Shown here: positions 12,480-25,629 of the stretch, one piece after another
Layout: every line of letters starts with the position of its first letter
Position numbering within the stretch: position 1 is the first letter of the stretch
NCBI RefSeq assembly: GCF_006345805.1
Contig: NC_043013.1
Coordinates: 15,376,001-15,440,000, forward strand
Source: Octopus sinensis
Taxonomy: Eukaryota
Reading direction: 5' to 3'
DNA: 64,000 bases
The notes under the pieces: generated by a model
Seen by the model: the letters and a program-made list of their open reading frames with translations, nothing else
Databases searched by the model: none
Told to the model about the DNA's origin: nothing
Made by a program: the position numbers and the translations under genes

Positions 12480-12790
12480 TAAGTGGCTGAGTTCCTTTCA
12501 TATGTTGGGCCTCATGGAGGCAATGACCAAGACCTTTGGCATTATGTCATGCTTGAGAAGAAGCCCTATCAAATCGAGCAAAATTGTAGTCATGGCAGAT
12601 ACCGGTGGCACATAAAAACACCCATTACACTCTCAGAGTGGTTGGCATTAGAAAGGGCATCCAGCCATAGAAAACCATGCCAAATTAGACTGGATCCTGG
12701 TGCAGCCTTCCAGCATGCTAGCCCAGTTAAACTGTCCAACCCATGCCAGCATGGACAATGGATGTTAAATGTTGATGATGATGATGATGA
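12480..12790 (+). mobile_element. RTE 3'-end repeat (older copy)
   Basis: Reverse-orientation family match ending in (GAT)n. Confidence 0.8.
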
Positions 12791-12869
12791 CATATATACA
12801 TACACATTTACATATACTTGCACATAAACATGTGCACATATTAAAACATACAGTAATAAAACCTATTAA

Positions 12870-13089
12870 CCCTTTAGCATTCAAACCGGCCATATCCGGC
12901 CCAAATTTTCTACTTCTTTTATGTTCAAACCATCTAGATCTGGCCTCTCACTCATATCCTACAATGACATCTTCATAATAAACCATCACATCATCAAATT
13001 CTCAGAGAAACAAGATAATGCAGGATTAGTTCAAAACAATGTGAATGAAAAAGCATTGTGTTTGACAGAGTAATCTGAACGCTAAAGTG
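12870..13089. mobile_element. piggyBac-type MITE
   Basis: TTAA|CCCTTTAGCATTC...GAACGCTAAAGTG|TTAA. Confidence 0.78.
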
Positions 13090-13149
13090 TTAAACATTTT
13101 GAAAACCATTTATGTTCTGAACCATAACAAAAGTTAAGGAGGCATGTTT

Positions 13150-13900
13150 TGTACAAAAGATACTCTGCTGCATTCTTACACGGCATTAACATTTTGTTTC
13201 TTTTCCTCAAACCATTGGTGCTTTGAATCATAATTCTGAGGTTTTTTCTCATATAAAGGTCATCTTTGGTGTGAAGCTCCTGTTTATGTAAGGTTGTGCA
13301 TTATCTAAAACAGACCAGGTAATTGTGAATTCATGAGGATATATCTCATGCAAGAACCATATAAACTTCAACAAAGCCATAGCACATTTTCTGTCAGGGC
13401 TGAGTGGATGTTTATGTGTGTAATAACAGTTTTTTAATGTAAGTTCTGTTACCCTATTATGTTTTAGGTTGTTCACTCCAGTTTAATTTGACCTTTGCAC
13501 TGTATAATATTGACTTTGACAGACAGTCACTGACTTGTGGACAGTTCTCATGAATTCTACAGTTGCTTGATCTTTGCTGGCTGGCTGTTTGAATCTCTCT
13601 TCTATTCAGTTTTGCAGCATTATAACCTCTGATATAACTCCTAAATTTTTTTTTAATGCTGAATAGCTAACCTTAACACAGTTCCTATTCAATATTTTTC
13701 TCTACTTATACCCTGGCAGAAAATGCTGATCTATTAAATCAAAAAATTCTCTAGCTATATTAGTTTTTATTGCCATGTTATACGTGGGTTATACCATAAA
13801 ATATTCTTTTTCCTATTCTTTTTCTTACACTCTGTATTCCCAGTGTTCTTTACATGTCTAATCTGAAACCTATTTCTAAGTGTTTCATTTAATACCTAGT
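13150..13900 (-). mobile_element. Older Penelope-like GIY-YIG fragment
   Basis: LNRNCVKVSYS..., NCR.HENCP...CLSKSILYSAKV...PKT(YI)GVTELT.K..YY.HK..., ITWSVLDNAQPY.N, with frameshifts. Confidence 0.72.
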
Positions 13901-14039
13901 AATACTCATGAAAGTAGATAATGAGGATGCCCATTTACTAATATTGTCAGCCAAATCCCTCTATATAATAGGTGTATGATTCAATTGTCTATGTATATAT
14001 ACTAACTTCTCATATGTATGTGTGTGTGTGTGTATATAT

Positions 14040-14960
14040 ATCTAAGACAAAAAGAGATAACAAAGCCAAGGCTGTGAGGAGTTTTCAGGACATTTATAAG
14101 GAAAGAGATATATAGTCTTACAGCTGTTTCTGGGATATTATGGATATCCCTTCATCAGAGACAATGTGAGATAGTTGAATAGAGGTAAATGTTTGTGTTT
14201 GAAATAAGGAATTATTATGGAAAAGGAGGAGCTAGGGAATATAGAGGGAAATAAGAGAATGAAAGTAGAAATGAAATTTAAAATATTGTAGTTGCACTTC
14301 CACTATTCACGTAAAGTGGTGTATAGAAGTGGTAAAAAAGTGTCCTGTACATGGTATGTAAATTCCAATAGTAGTTCATGTTTAGTCATTTCAAAGTATG
14401 GAGCTGTGGATTCTGTGTTGCTCATTCGAAGGGGTTTTGTGGTGAGAATGAAAATTTGAGAATGCATTGGTAGTATTTGTGAATAGATGTGTATGTGGGG
14501 GATGTGTATGATTAGAATGAGGGAGATAGGTCAAAATGAAGATAAGAAGAGAAATTGAGAGAAAAAAAAGAGAAAATGGACAAAAAATAGTAAAAAGTGA
14601 GAAAAAAAAGAGAAGAAAAAAGTGAAGAAAGGGTGAATGAAGTAAGAAAAGGAGTGTTAGTTCCTGGTCAAGATAATGTGAGGTGAGGGTGGGAGAGGCG
14701 TGGGGAGGGGTGGATAGGAAGAGATGAGAAGGTAAGGAGTGAATAAGTGTGAGATATATGAGTAGGGTTGATATTATATGGCTGTATTGCGGGATGGGTA
14801 GAGAAAAGATATGGGTGGCGTGATACCAAAGTGAGTAGTAGTTTTAGTAGTAAATTTAAAGTAGACGGAAGAATACAAGGATGTTAAATTTCTATGAATA
14901 GACGTATGTAATAGGTTAGTGTGATAGGTAGGAACTTTTCCCTGTAAGTTTGGAATAATA
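14040..14960 (-). mobile_element. Degenerate Penelope-like fragment including a terminal repeat with a hammerhead motif
   Basis: Hammerhead at 14115-14162. The same terminus recurs at ~52480-52600; weak thumb-like remnants (YLFSTHP, HPPHTH..YSQIL). Confidence 0.55.
14115..14162 (-). ncRNA. Minimal type I hammerhead ribozyme (Penelope-type)
   Basis: GUCU CUGAUGA a GGGAUAU ccaua AUAUCCC a GAAA C-AGCU-G UA AGAC: intact core, 4-bp stem I, 7-bp stem II, palindromic stem III, GUA triplet. Confidence 0.72.
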
Positions 14961-15130
14961 TTCCCTCATTATTATTATTATTATTTTATATATATATAAT
15001 ACAAATAAGAAAATGGAGAAACAATTTAGTTTGTTCATCAACTTTCGGATATTAGAATGTTGAATTATTTATTCATATAACAAAATGAGAACCTTAATAG
15101 CATACATATGTATCTTATAATTCAATACAT

Positions 15131-15166
<36 letters not shown>

Positions 15167-15168
<2 letters not shown>

Positions 15169-15300
15169 CTGTAAAATAATATGTGACAATTATACGGTAG
15201 CCAAGATAAAACTCTGAGTTTCAGATGCCGAGGTGGAAATCCACACCACCATCTCTTTTATCTTGGCAACCGTATAATTGTCACATATTATTTTACAGAT
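15167..15300. repeat. Shortened copy of the fold-back element, 45-bp arms
   Basis: Arms 15167-15211 and 15256-15300 differ by one mismatch; the flank 15300-15365 matches the reverse complement of 62475-62532. Confidence 0.85.
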
Positions 15301-15768
15301 AAATTCCTCTATTTACATAATATTGAGGTCTCTTTCTTTCTTTTGTTATCTTACTGTTTTTACCAATATATATATATATATATATTCTACCCATTGCATG
15401 TATAGAAGACAGACGTTAAACGATGATGATGATATATATATATATTTATATAAATATATATATATACACAGTAAAGATTTGTAGGTACATGTTACTTTGT
15501 TATGCAAACAAAATATACTATAAGGTATACTAAAAGTTTTCATAAGTCAGTACCGTGTTCTGTTGCTATAGCAGTGCTCTTACATTATTTTGTTAAGGTC
15601 ATTTCTACAGATATTCTATAGCACTGATTTTTGCTACATTTTGTATTGAAGCATCAGATGTAAACAGACAATGTGATCGAAGACAGAAGTGGGTAATGAG
15701 TGTATATGCCATATTTTGAGGGTTGTTTGTATGTCAACACCAGCAATGCATCTAATATGTAAATAGAC

Positions 15769-15944
15769 AGGCGCAGGAGTGGCTGTGTGGTAAGTAGCTT
15801 GCTAACCAACCACATGGTTCCGGGTTCAGTCCCACTGCGTGGCATCTTGGGCAAGTGTCTTCTGCTATAGGCCCGGGCCGACAATGCCTTGTGAGTGAAT
15901 TTGGTAGACGGAAACTGAAAGAAGCCTGTCGTTATTATGTATAT

Positions 15945-16013
<69 letters not shown>

Positions 16014-16217
16014 GTGTCTGTGTTTGTCCCCCTAGCATTGCTTGACAACTGATGCTGGTGTGTTTACGTCCCCCGTCACTTAGCGGTTCGGCAAAAGAGA
16101 CCGATAGAATAAGTACTGGGCTACAAAGAATAAGTCCCGGGGTCGATTTGCCGACTAAGGCGGTTGCTCCAGCATGGCCGCAGTCAAATGACTGAAACAA
16201 GTAAGAGTAAGAGTAAG
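15769..16217 (+). mobile_element. tRNA-derived SINE, family S1, full length
   Basis: A-box-like TGGCTGTGTGGTAAG, B-box-like GGTTCAGTCCC, CTTGGGCAAGTGTCTT body, internal (TA)n, (GAGTAA)n tail. Confidence 0.88.
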
Positions 16218-16580
16218 ATATATCCGATAACTTAACATCGTCGTATGCGGTGGCTATATAAGAAATGTGTTCGGCTGCAGTGGTGGGTTAGATGAGTGCT
16301 GATGAAGGGGCAACAAGCCTAAAATGTGACATATACACTTTTGTCTTCGATCGCATTGTCTATTTAGATCTGACGTCTCGATACAAAACGTAGCAAAAAT
16401 CAGTGCTGCCTATAAGTTCTATAGAATATCCATGGAAATAACCTTAACAAAATAACACACACACACAGACATACATGTATATATATATATGTTTGTATAC
16501 ACATACATATGTATACACGTGGGTGTGTATATATCTCATCATCGTCTCTCTTCCATGCTGGCATAGGTTGGACTATATAT

Positions 16581-16615
<35 letters not shown>

Positions 16616-16640
16616 ATATATATATATATATAGATATATA

Positions 16641-16708
<68 letters not shown>

Positions 16709-17254
16709 AATTTTTATATATATATATAAATTATATATATATATAAATTTATATAAATAAGGATACGATCGTTAATTTAATTATCAATCTTATCAAGTGG
16801 CCAGCATGGGAATAAAAACCTTCAAAGGTAATAATAATTATTAAAATTATAATTTAGGGTATATAAGAGATACCTCCACGCTGAATGTTGGTTTGGTGTC
16901 TGAAATGGGATAGCTTACCTCATGGGCAAGTAGAGGCTCTTTAACTTTCATTGGTAATCTACCTAGGAGAAGGAAATCTCTGAAATAAAACCTGAAGCCT
17001 TGGAAGTTCCTGGTTTTGTCAGTTTTCATGTTACACTGGTGACAGTCTTCTTAGGTCAATAAATACACACACAATGAGCTTCTTTCAGTTTCTGTCTACC
17101 AAATCCCCTCACAAGGCTTTGGTTAGCCTGAGGCTACAGTAGAAGACACTTGCCCAAGGTGCCATACAAGGCGACTGAACCTGGAACCATGTGGTTGGGA
17201 AGCAAGCTTCTTACCACACAGCCACTCCTACACCTATATATATATATATATTTA

Positions 17255-17287
<33 letters not shown>

Positions 17288-17289
17288 CA

Positions 17290-17470
17290 CCTTGACTGAC
17301 CAGTCCGTCGGGCATCCATTTGACACCGCTGGTCACAGCATGTTGTATACTTCTCTCTGGATTGACCCGTGCAGTTGTTGAGTGGTACCCGCGTGAGTGA
17401 GAATGACCACCCGGAAGGCCTCCACAGCGGTGGAGTTGCGATTTCAGGAGGATGATTGGGATCATGTGGA
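17290..17470 (-). mobile_element. Highly degenerate RTE-like LINE C-terminal fragment
   Basis: IILLKSQLHRCG resembles the RTE (LL)KxQLRWAGH motif; short and decayed. Confidence 0.4.
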
Positions 17471-17998
17471 TGAGAAAGGCGCGATCCAGAGAGGAGTGGA
17501 CATATATATATATATATATATATTAATCAAAGTGTACAATATTAAGGCTGATCTAACCAATCAGTTTTGTATTAGGGGTTCAATGTAGTGTTTAGCAACA
17601 GCCCGATTATGTAACCCTATGCTCTTCAGAGATGGCAGTTATGTGTTGAAAGGCTAAAGTATGGCTTTGAAACATGGCATGAAGCTATCTCCCATTCTAC
17701 CATACTCTCTCACAGTTGAGGGAGTTTTTTTGCCTTATGAGTTACATGGTAACAACACCAGTGTTATTGCTTTGAAAAAAAGCAAAAAAAAAGCAACCAA
17801 TACACTTTTGTAAAGTTGTTGCCATTAGAAAAGGCAGTGCCCATCCATAAAAGCAACACCGCAAGAGAATTTGGAGCCTGGTGCAGTCCTCTGGCTTGTC
17901 AGATCCTGTTAAACTAACCAACCTACGTTGCCAGCTTGGAAGATGTACATAACATGATGATGATGATGATAGATGTAGAACTTGAGAAAAATGTATAT

Positions 17999-18380
17999 TG
18001 GCTGTGTGGTAAGTAGCTTGCTAACCAACCGCATGGTTCCGGGTTCAGTCCCACTGCGTGGCATTTTGGGAAAGTGTCTTCTGCTATAGCCCCAGGCCGA
18101 CCAATGCCTTGTAAGTGGATTTGGTAGACGGAAACTGAAAGAAGCCTGTCGTATATATGTATATATATATGTATGTGTGTGTGTCTGTGTTTGTCCCCCT
18201 AGCATTGCTTGACAACCGATGCTGGTGTGTTACGTCCCCGTCACTTAGCGGTTTAGCAAAAAAAAAAGAGACTGATAGAATAAGTACTGGGCTTACAAAA
18301 GAATAAGTCCCAGGGTTGATTTGCTCGACTAAAGGCGGTGCTCCAGCATGGCTGCAGTCAAATGATTGAAACAAGTAAAA
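17999..18380 (+). mobile_element. SINE family S1
   Basis: Same as 15769-16217. Confidence 0.85.
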
Positions 18381-18817
18381 AAAAAAAAAAAAAAATTAGA
18401 GAAAGAAAATAATCTAGTATTTCTTTCTCTCTCCTTCTCTCTTTTGTCTTAGTTTTCATTTGTTATATATTTCTATGTCCCTTTTGCCTTTCTTTTGTTA
18501 ATCTCTTGCTTGGCCTCTTTCATTTTCTCACTATTTGTTCCTTTCTCTCTCTGTGGCGTCAAAACCAGGATGTTTTGGACAACAGTAAACAATGAGGGTG
18601 CAGTTAAGTCTGAACTGAAATGTGAATGCTTTGGACAATTCAGCTGCTTTGAGCCAATACCAGGCTTTTATCAACCGGATTTTTATTCTAGGTGTTATGC
18701 AACTTCTGCATATATCCTAGCCCTTGCACATTTGCATATGAAGATGTATGTATACTTATAGATATAGATGTATACACAGACACACACAATAACACACACA
18801 CATACATACATACGTGT

Positions 18818-18889
<72 letters not shown>

Positions 18890-18963
18890 TAAATGTATAT
18901 TATATATATATAAAGTATTAAATGTATATATATATATATATCATGATGATGATGATGATGATG

Positions 18964-18998
<35 letters not shown>

Positions 18999-19080
18999 AC
19001 ACACCTACAAATTATGGGGCTTTAGTTCACAGGTGATCTAAATGATTAGGTATGCTAGGTAAGTGCTGTAATATGATATA

Positions 19081-19490
19081 TCATCATTGTTTAACATCCG
19101 CGTTCCATGTCAGCATGGGTTGGACAATTGACTGAGGACTGGCGAACTAGATGGCTGCACCAGGCTCCAGTCTAATCTGGGTGTGTTTCTACAGCTGGAT
19201 GCTCTTCCTAATGCCAACCACTCCAAGAGTGTAGTGGGTGCTTTTACGTGCCAGACAGGTGGTACTGGCAACGACCTTACTCGAATCTTTTGCACATGCC
19301 ACCGGCACGGGTGCCAGTAAGGCGATGCTGGTAACGATCACGCTTGAATGGTGTCTTTTACATGCCACCGGCACAGAGGCCAGATAGCCACTCTGGCAAC
19401 GATCACGCTCAGATGGTGCTCTTAATACCCTACTAGCACAGGGCTCGTGTGCCAGTAAGGTGACGCTGGTAACGATCACGCTCACCACAT
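19081..19490 (-). mobile_element. RTE 3'-end repeat
   Basis: Family consensus with ggtaacgatcacgct subrepeats. Confidence 0.8.
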
Positions 19491-20664
19491 TGACCACCCA
19501 TTACCCTGTCACACAAGAATACTATACATGAACTCCTTTTAAAATGCTATGGTGAGAGCTGAGAGGAATTTGGTTGCTACAAGCAGTTTGACGTAAGAGA
19601 CTGACAGATTAGGTATCAGGCTAAAAAAATAAAAAGGAAAAAGTATTGGCTGGTGTGAATTTATTCAAGTAAAACCCTTCAAGACCCTGCTCCAGCATGG
19701 CTACAGTCCAATAACTGAAACAAGTGAAAGGAGAAATGTTTATGAAAAAACTACATAATCTTCCACTCTCTCACTCTCACCCCCTCTCTTTTTCTTTCTC
19801 TCTCGACAAATTTAAAGAAAATTCCTTTAAAACAGGGACCAAACAAACTAGTAGTGAACTTCAAAATAGGAACCGCACTACCCCATAAAAAACTCATATA
19901 TACTATGCGTTCCCTTTTTTTTAAAAAAATGCTAGAGTGATTTGAGGGTAATTTAACTGCAATTTCTATCAGGTTGAAGGACCATGTCAAGGCAGTAACA
20001 TATCTTAGTGATAATTGAACTGTTGGTGGGTTGTTACAGAACACTGGTCTGTCTCCTTCTACCCAACAAAACAAATCACAGACTCACTCAGAGTAACATG
20101 CCATACACAGACATGCTACACAGTTCCTTTGTGATTAACATATGGAAAGACACTACCAGTTCTTTCACCTCATTATATCTAGCACCCATGAGTCCTGTCC
20201 AACAGCAACATGACACAGTTTTCTGTCCCCTACAGAGAAACTCACCTCACTTCACCTAACAATCATGTCTCCTCTCAGCAGATAAAGAGGCTTCTATATG
20301 ATAACTAGACATACAAGAAATAGTAACCAAATCTCCACTAAATCACAAGCTACAATTTAAAAAGAAAAACAGACATATTAGATAAAAGGGATCTTATTTC
20401 TCTACATACAAAAATCAGAAAGGTTGGTCATGAATGGAATACCTTTGATAACAGATCTTATTGATCAGGGCCCACCTGGGGTTAAAATGACATTATCAGA
20501 AACTGAGAAAATATTTATGTGGTTAAGAAGATTACTTTGAAATGATGTGATTTTAGAATCAGCCCCATTGCACAGCACCTTGGGTGAGTGTCTTCTACTA
20601 TAGCCCAGGGTTGAACACTGCCTTGAGAGAGAGTTTGGTCAATGGAAACTATGTGGAAACCCTC

Positions 20665-20702
<38 letters not shown>

Positions 20703-20869
20703 ATCCACCACCACTCAACAACAGCAGTTGGTTTGTTTACAGCTCTGAACTAAGTAGTTTGGCAAAACAGACCAATAGAATAAGTATCCAGACTCTTGAA
20801 AAAATGAAAAATAAGTCCTGGACTGAATTTGTTTGACAAAAACCCTTCAAAGCAAATACAGAGAATATT

Positions 20870-21225
20870 CCTTTGAAAATAGGAACCGTACAAACCAGTG
20901 ATAAACTTAGTTTCTCTTGATAAATTCTCAATTGTTTTCAAAACAGATACCATACAACCCAATAAAAAGAAAAATCAATCCCTCTCAATAAACTCTCAAG
21001 TGTTTTCATAACAGGGACCATGCAACCCAGAAAAAGATTTGCTCAATTCACCTCACTAAACATCCAACTGTTTTCAAAATAAGGGCCACACAACCCAGTA
21101 AAAAGCTTGCTCAATCTGACTCACTAAATGCCCATCTATTTTCAAAATATGGGCTATTTTCAACCCAAGAAAAAATTACTCTATCTCCTTGATAAATACC
21201 TGTATATAAAATAAGGGCCACACAG
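20870..21225. repeat. Diverged 68-bp minisatellite, ~5.5 units
   Basis: TGTTTTCA-type unit starts at 20933, 21001, 21069, 21137 (exact 68-bp spacing) and 21201. Confidence 0.75.
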
Positions 21226-22216
21226 TTTCTATGTAGTAGTTTGACCTACAAAATTTAGCAGCCAAAACTGCCTCTGTAAGCTTATTTACTGCCTCAAAAG
21301 TGATTAACATGCACCCACATAGTTTGTGATTAACTACAATACACACCAACTTACTTTATCAACCAGAACAGCATATTTTATTACATGCTAACATCTTTGC
21401 AGATTGTTTAGATTGTTTTCTTTTCATGGACACTATTGACTGCCTCCGATTAGAGCTTTTAATAAATTCCATGTATTTTCACTTTATTAACAATGAAAAG
21501 ACAAGTAGCAGTAACCTACATTTTTTAACTTTATCATACACAAACACACACAAATACACACTTATACATTTATGACCAGGTCACACATATATGGGACCCA
21601 GGTTTACACCCGAGTATTATTTTAATTATTTTAATACCAATAAAACAAGCCATGGCTGAGGGAATGTAGAACCTGTAGTAGTGTTGTTGTCACTATTGTT
21701 GTTTAATGGTTCATGCAAATAGGAGGATCTGTATATGTCATGCACGAGATTTTGAGATGAGCCAATTTGATAAACAGATGGAAAACACATTATTTAGTAG
21801 GCACATTGAGGGTTGGTAGTCATCAAAAAATCCAATTTTCTAACTGTGATCTGGAAATCCATTAATAAACCAGGCACAATCCAAAGATATGACAATGATC
21901 CAACAGTTCAGCTGTGATCCTGAGATATTGCAATGACTCAATGATATAGCAGTAAACCAGAAATCAAATCTTCATCCACAAATCTAGCAGCAATCCAAAC
22001 ATTTGGGTTTCATCCAGAGATTCCTGTGATGATGCAGATAAAACTGAATATTTGTGTATGAAGCAGAGATACAACAATAGTTGTTTAGATATCAGTAACA
22101 GTGAAGCAGACACCCAACAGCTGTAACCCAGAGATCAAATAATAATCCATAGATCCATAGATAGGAATTCAACAACAAAAGAGACATTCAGCAATGATTT
22201 AGTAACCCAACATTAT

Positions 22217-23340
22217 TATTATCATCATCATCATCATCATTTAACATCCATTGTCTATGCTGGCATGGGTTGGACGGTTTGACAAGTTGGAAGACTGCAC
22301 AAGACTCCAGTCTGATTTGGCATGGTTTCTACGGTTGAATGCCCTTCCTAATGCCAAACACTCAGAGAGTGCTTTTATGTGCTACCAGCATGGGTGCCAT
22401 TTGCATGACACTGGTATTTGCCACAACTGTGGTTTTGCTCAGTTTGATGGTCTTCTTCTCAAGTACAGCATAATGCCAAAGGTCTCAGTCATTGCCAAAC
22501 ACTTGAAAGGAGCTCAGCCCCTATGCCTCCATGAGATCAAATGCTCGAAAGGTGAGCATCAGCCATGCCTATGATTTCACTTGGCTTGACGGGTCCTCTC
22601 AAGCACAGCACATCCCTAAAGATCTAGGTGACTAGATACTGCATCTGTGAGGCCCAAAATTCGAAGATCATGCTTCACCATCTTATCCCATGTTTTCTGG
22701 GACTACCTCTACCACAGGTTCCCTCCACAGTTAGAGATTGGCACTTCTTTACACAGCTGTCTTCGTCTATATGCATCACATGACTATACCAGTGCAGTTG
22801 TCTCTCTTGCACACCACATCTGATGCCTCTTATTCCCAACTTTTCTCTCAAGGTGCTTACACTCTGTCGAACATGCACACCGACATTGCACATCCAGCGA
22901 AGTATACTGACTTCATTTCTTTCAAGCCTACGCGTGTCCTCAGCTGTCACAGCCCATGTTTCACTGCTATGTAGCTTAGCTGTTTGCACACAGGCATCAT
23001 ACAATCTGTCTTTCACTCTGAGAAATAAGCCCTTTGTTGCCAGTAGAGGGAGGAGCTCTCTGAACTTTGCCCAACCTAATCTTATTCTCACAATTATGGT
23101 CTCAACACATCCACCTCTGCTACTAATATGATCACCTAGATAACAGAAACTATCTACTACCTCTAGCTTATCCCTGCTGGCAGTTTACGGAGTCTATTTT
23201 CTGTGCATTTTTGGTGTTTATTGTACTTACGCATCTTCCACACACAAAAGCAATATTCCATATTAACCTTTCTCTGATATTGTTGCTCCTGTTATGTGTC
23301 TAAAGCTTGCACTGGGTGCATCTTATGGAGTTTCTACCTA
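22217..23340 (-). mobile_element. Degenerate RTE LINE fragment with 3'UTR and (GAT)n tail
   Basis: ORF 22675-23091 (RIRLGWAKFRELLPLL...RLYDACV...SETW) is the same family as 10642-11070; the tail repeat is at 22217-22400. Confidence 0.88.
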
Positions 23341-24455
23341 TGTCTTTTCTACAGATCGAGCAGGGCCATCTACCTGAAGGGATTTGTGATTTGTCTGCCA
23401 TCCTACTTACTAATATTTTGGTTTTTGCTAGGTTAACCCTAAGGCCCTTTGATTCTTTTAGATTTAGGATATAAATATATGTGTGGTCACTACTTTAAAG
23501 ATGGTCATTATCTGATTGAAATAGATTTGATTGTGACATTACTGTTAAGTTGATTTCATACAATCTCTTATAGGGCTTGTATGATCCTAATTTGAAAAAA
23601 AAAAAATCATAAATGCTCCTACATGGCCACAGCCTTAGGGCTGAAACATATAAAAGAATAAAAGAAAACAATTACGTGTTCGTGTGGTGTGGAAGCTTCC
23701 TTTTAACATTATGGTTTTGGATTTAGTTGCATTGCATGGCTTCTGTTAAAACTTCAAGCCAACTAGCATTTTGTGAGTGAATTTGGTAGACAGAAATTAT
23801 ATGGAAGCCCATCTTGTGTATGTGTGTGGATGCTTGTGTTTGTCCCCCACTTGACAACTGATGCTGGTTTGTTTATGTCCCTTAACTCTGGTTTAGCGTA
23901 AGAGGCCAATGCACCAAACTTTAAAAATATCACTAGAGTTAATCTGTTGGGCTCAAACCCTTCAACATGGTACTCCAGCATGGCTGTAGTCCACTGATTG
24001 AAACAAAAAAATATTAAATAAAAGAATGGTAAATTTGTTGAGGATTACCTGGCTGTTATATTGAGAAGGATAAGTTACTGTGACATTAAAGGTTTTCATG
24101 GAATTTATCTTAAAAATATTATGAAATTTCTTGGAGGACTCAGCTGTTACACTGAATAAACTGAATGTCTTTGAGAAAGTGCTCTTGCTGGTTTTATTTA
24201 TTAATATTTTTATCTTTTAGTCAAGAGGGAAGGCCAGTGTTCCTCACCCCTAACAGATCCCCAACAAGACTGGTGGGAGGAGGGAAGATATCTTCAAGCT
24301 GGAGACTTGGCCTGAATACTTGCCTGCAACAGAGTGGACCCTGCTAAAGGCACTTAAGAGCATGGTGTCTTCATTTTAAAAATAGATGGCAATTTTATTG
24401 TTTGATCCCTTTTATTATCCTAATTTTAAAGATAATAGGGAGTTTGTTTAGAGTT

Positions 24456-24770
24456 ATCATCATCATCATACGTCCGTTTTCCGTGCTAGCACGGGTTGGA
24501 CGGTTCGACCGGGGTCTGGGAAGCCAGGAGGCCGCACCAGGCTCCAGTCTGATCTGGCAGTGTTTCTACAGCTGGATGCTCTTTCTAACGCCAACCACTC
24601 TGTGAGTGTAGTGGGTGCTTTTTACGTGCCAGGGAGGCTGGCAGCGGCCATGATCGGTTGGTGGTTTTTACGTGCCACCGGTACAGGTATCACAACTACA
24701 ATTTCCATTTGATATTTATTTTGATGCTCATGTACTTGACTCAATACGTCTCCTCAAGCACAGCAGGTAT
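24456..24770 (-). mobile_element. RTE 3'-end repeat
   Basis: Family consensus. Confidence 0.82.
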
Positions 24771-25629
24771 GATTGATAATTTAAATAAGTAGAGTGATTT
24801 ACTTGGAAGCTTCTTCCATTGGTGCATCTGTGGCCCAAGATAGAAGAAATTTGTAGAGTCAGATTTGTTGGGCTGCTATGTTTAGCTGTTCAATTGACGC
24901 CATAATCTTCCCACAGTTATTGGACTGTGTTGATGTGAGTCTGGGAGCAAAGCTAATTAATAGAACATACCTTTGCGAAATAATTAACGTTTCAGATTCC
25001 TGTTAAACAGGATTAGATATTTCGGTTGTGGGAGATTTGTGGTTATGAGAATTGAAGCAGTATGAATCTATTTATGAATCTTTGTGTCACTTTCTCCGGG
25101 AATCTGGCTTTGTCTACAAATCTCTCTTTCTCTACCCATAGGTACACACAGACACGTGTCAAGCATGAAGTCATGCTTGTGCAATCAATTATAACAAAAT
25201 TACAACTTGCAGAGTTACGCAAACTATTATGTCACTCTTCTTATACTTCCTTCACTTCTTGTACTCTGTCACTTTTATCTTTTCAACAGTTTTGGACGAT
25301 ATATCTTGGTAGATGGTTTTTAGGTTAACGCTAGGGAAGAAGGCTATGTTACATTAAACTTTCTGGAACTACGTTATAATAGCGTTTCTAAGACCACATT
25401 ACATTGACTTTGTTAGGATCATACAACGAATGACCTTTCTAGGAAAATTTTTAAAAAGTTCTTTTCTGGGCCCATACCTCAGTTAATGAGTTCTCATTAA
25501 CTGTTGTAACACTTTCTTTGTTTCATTTATTTTGAAAATAACGAAGACCTTAGTATAACAACTTTGTCATCATTAACCTTTGCATTACCTTATTTTTGTT
25601 GAAATACACCGTCTTTGTTTCAGTTACCA

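Noticed and set aside
15769-15850. tRNA gene
   Set aside because: The A/B-box head continues into a multicopy SINE body; no complete cloverleaf or acceptor stem.
20870-21225. CRISPR-like periodicity
   Set aside because: Eukaryotic context, whole-unit homology rather than repeat plus unique spacer, and no cas genes.
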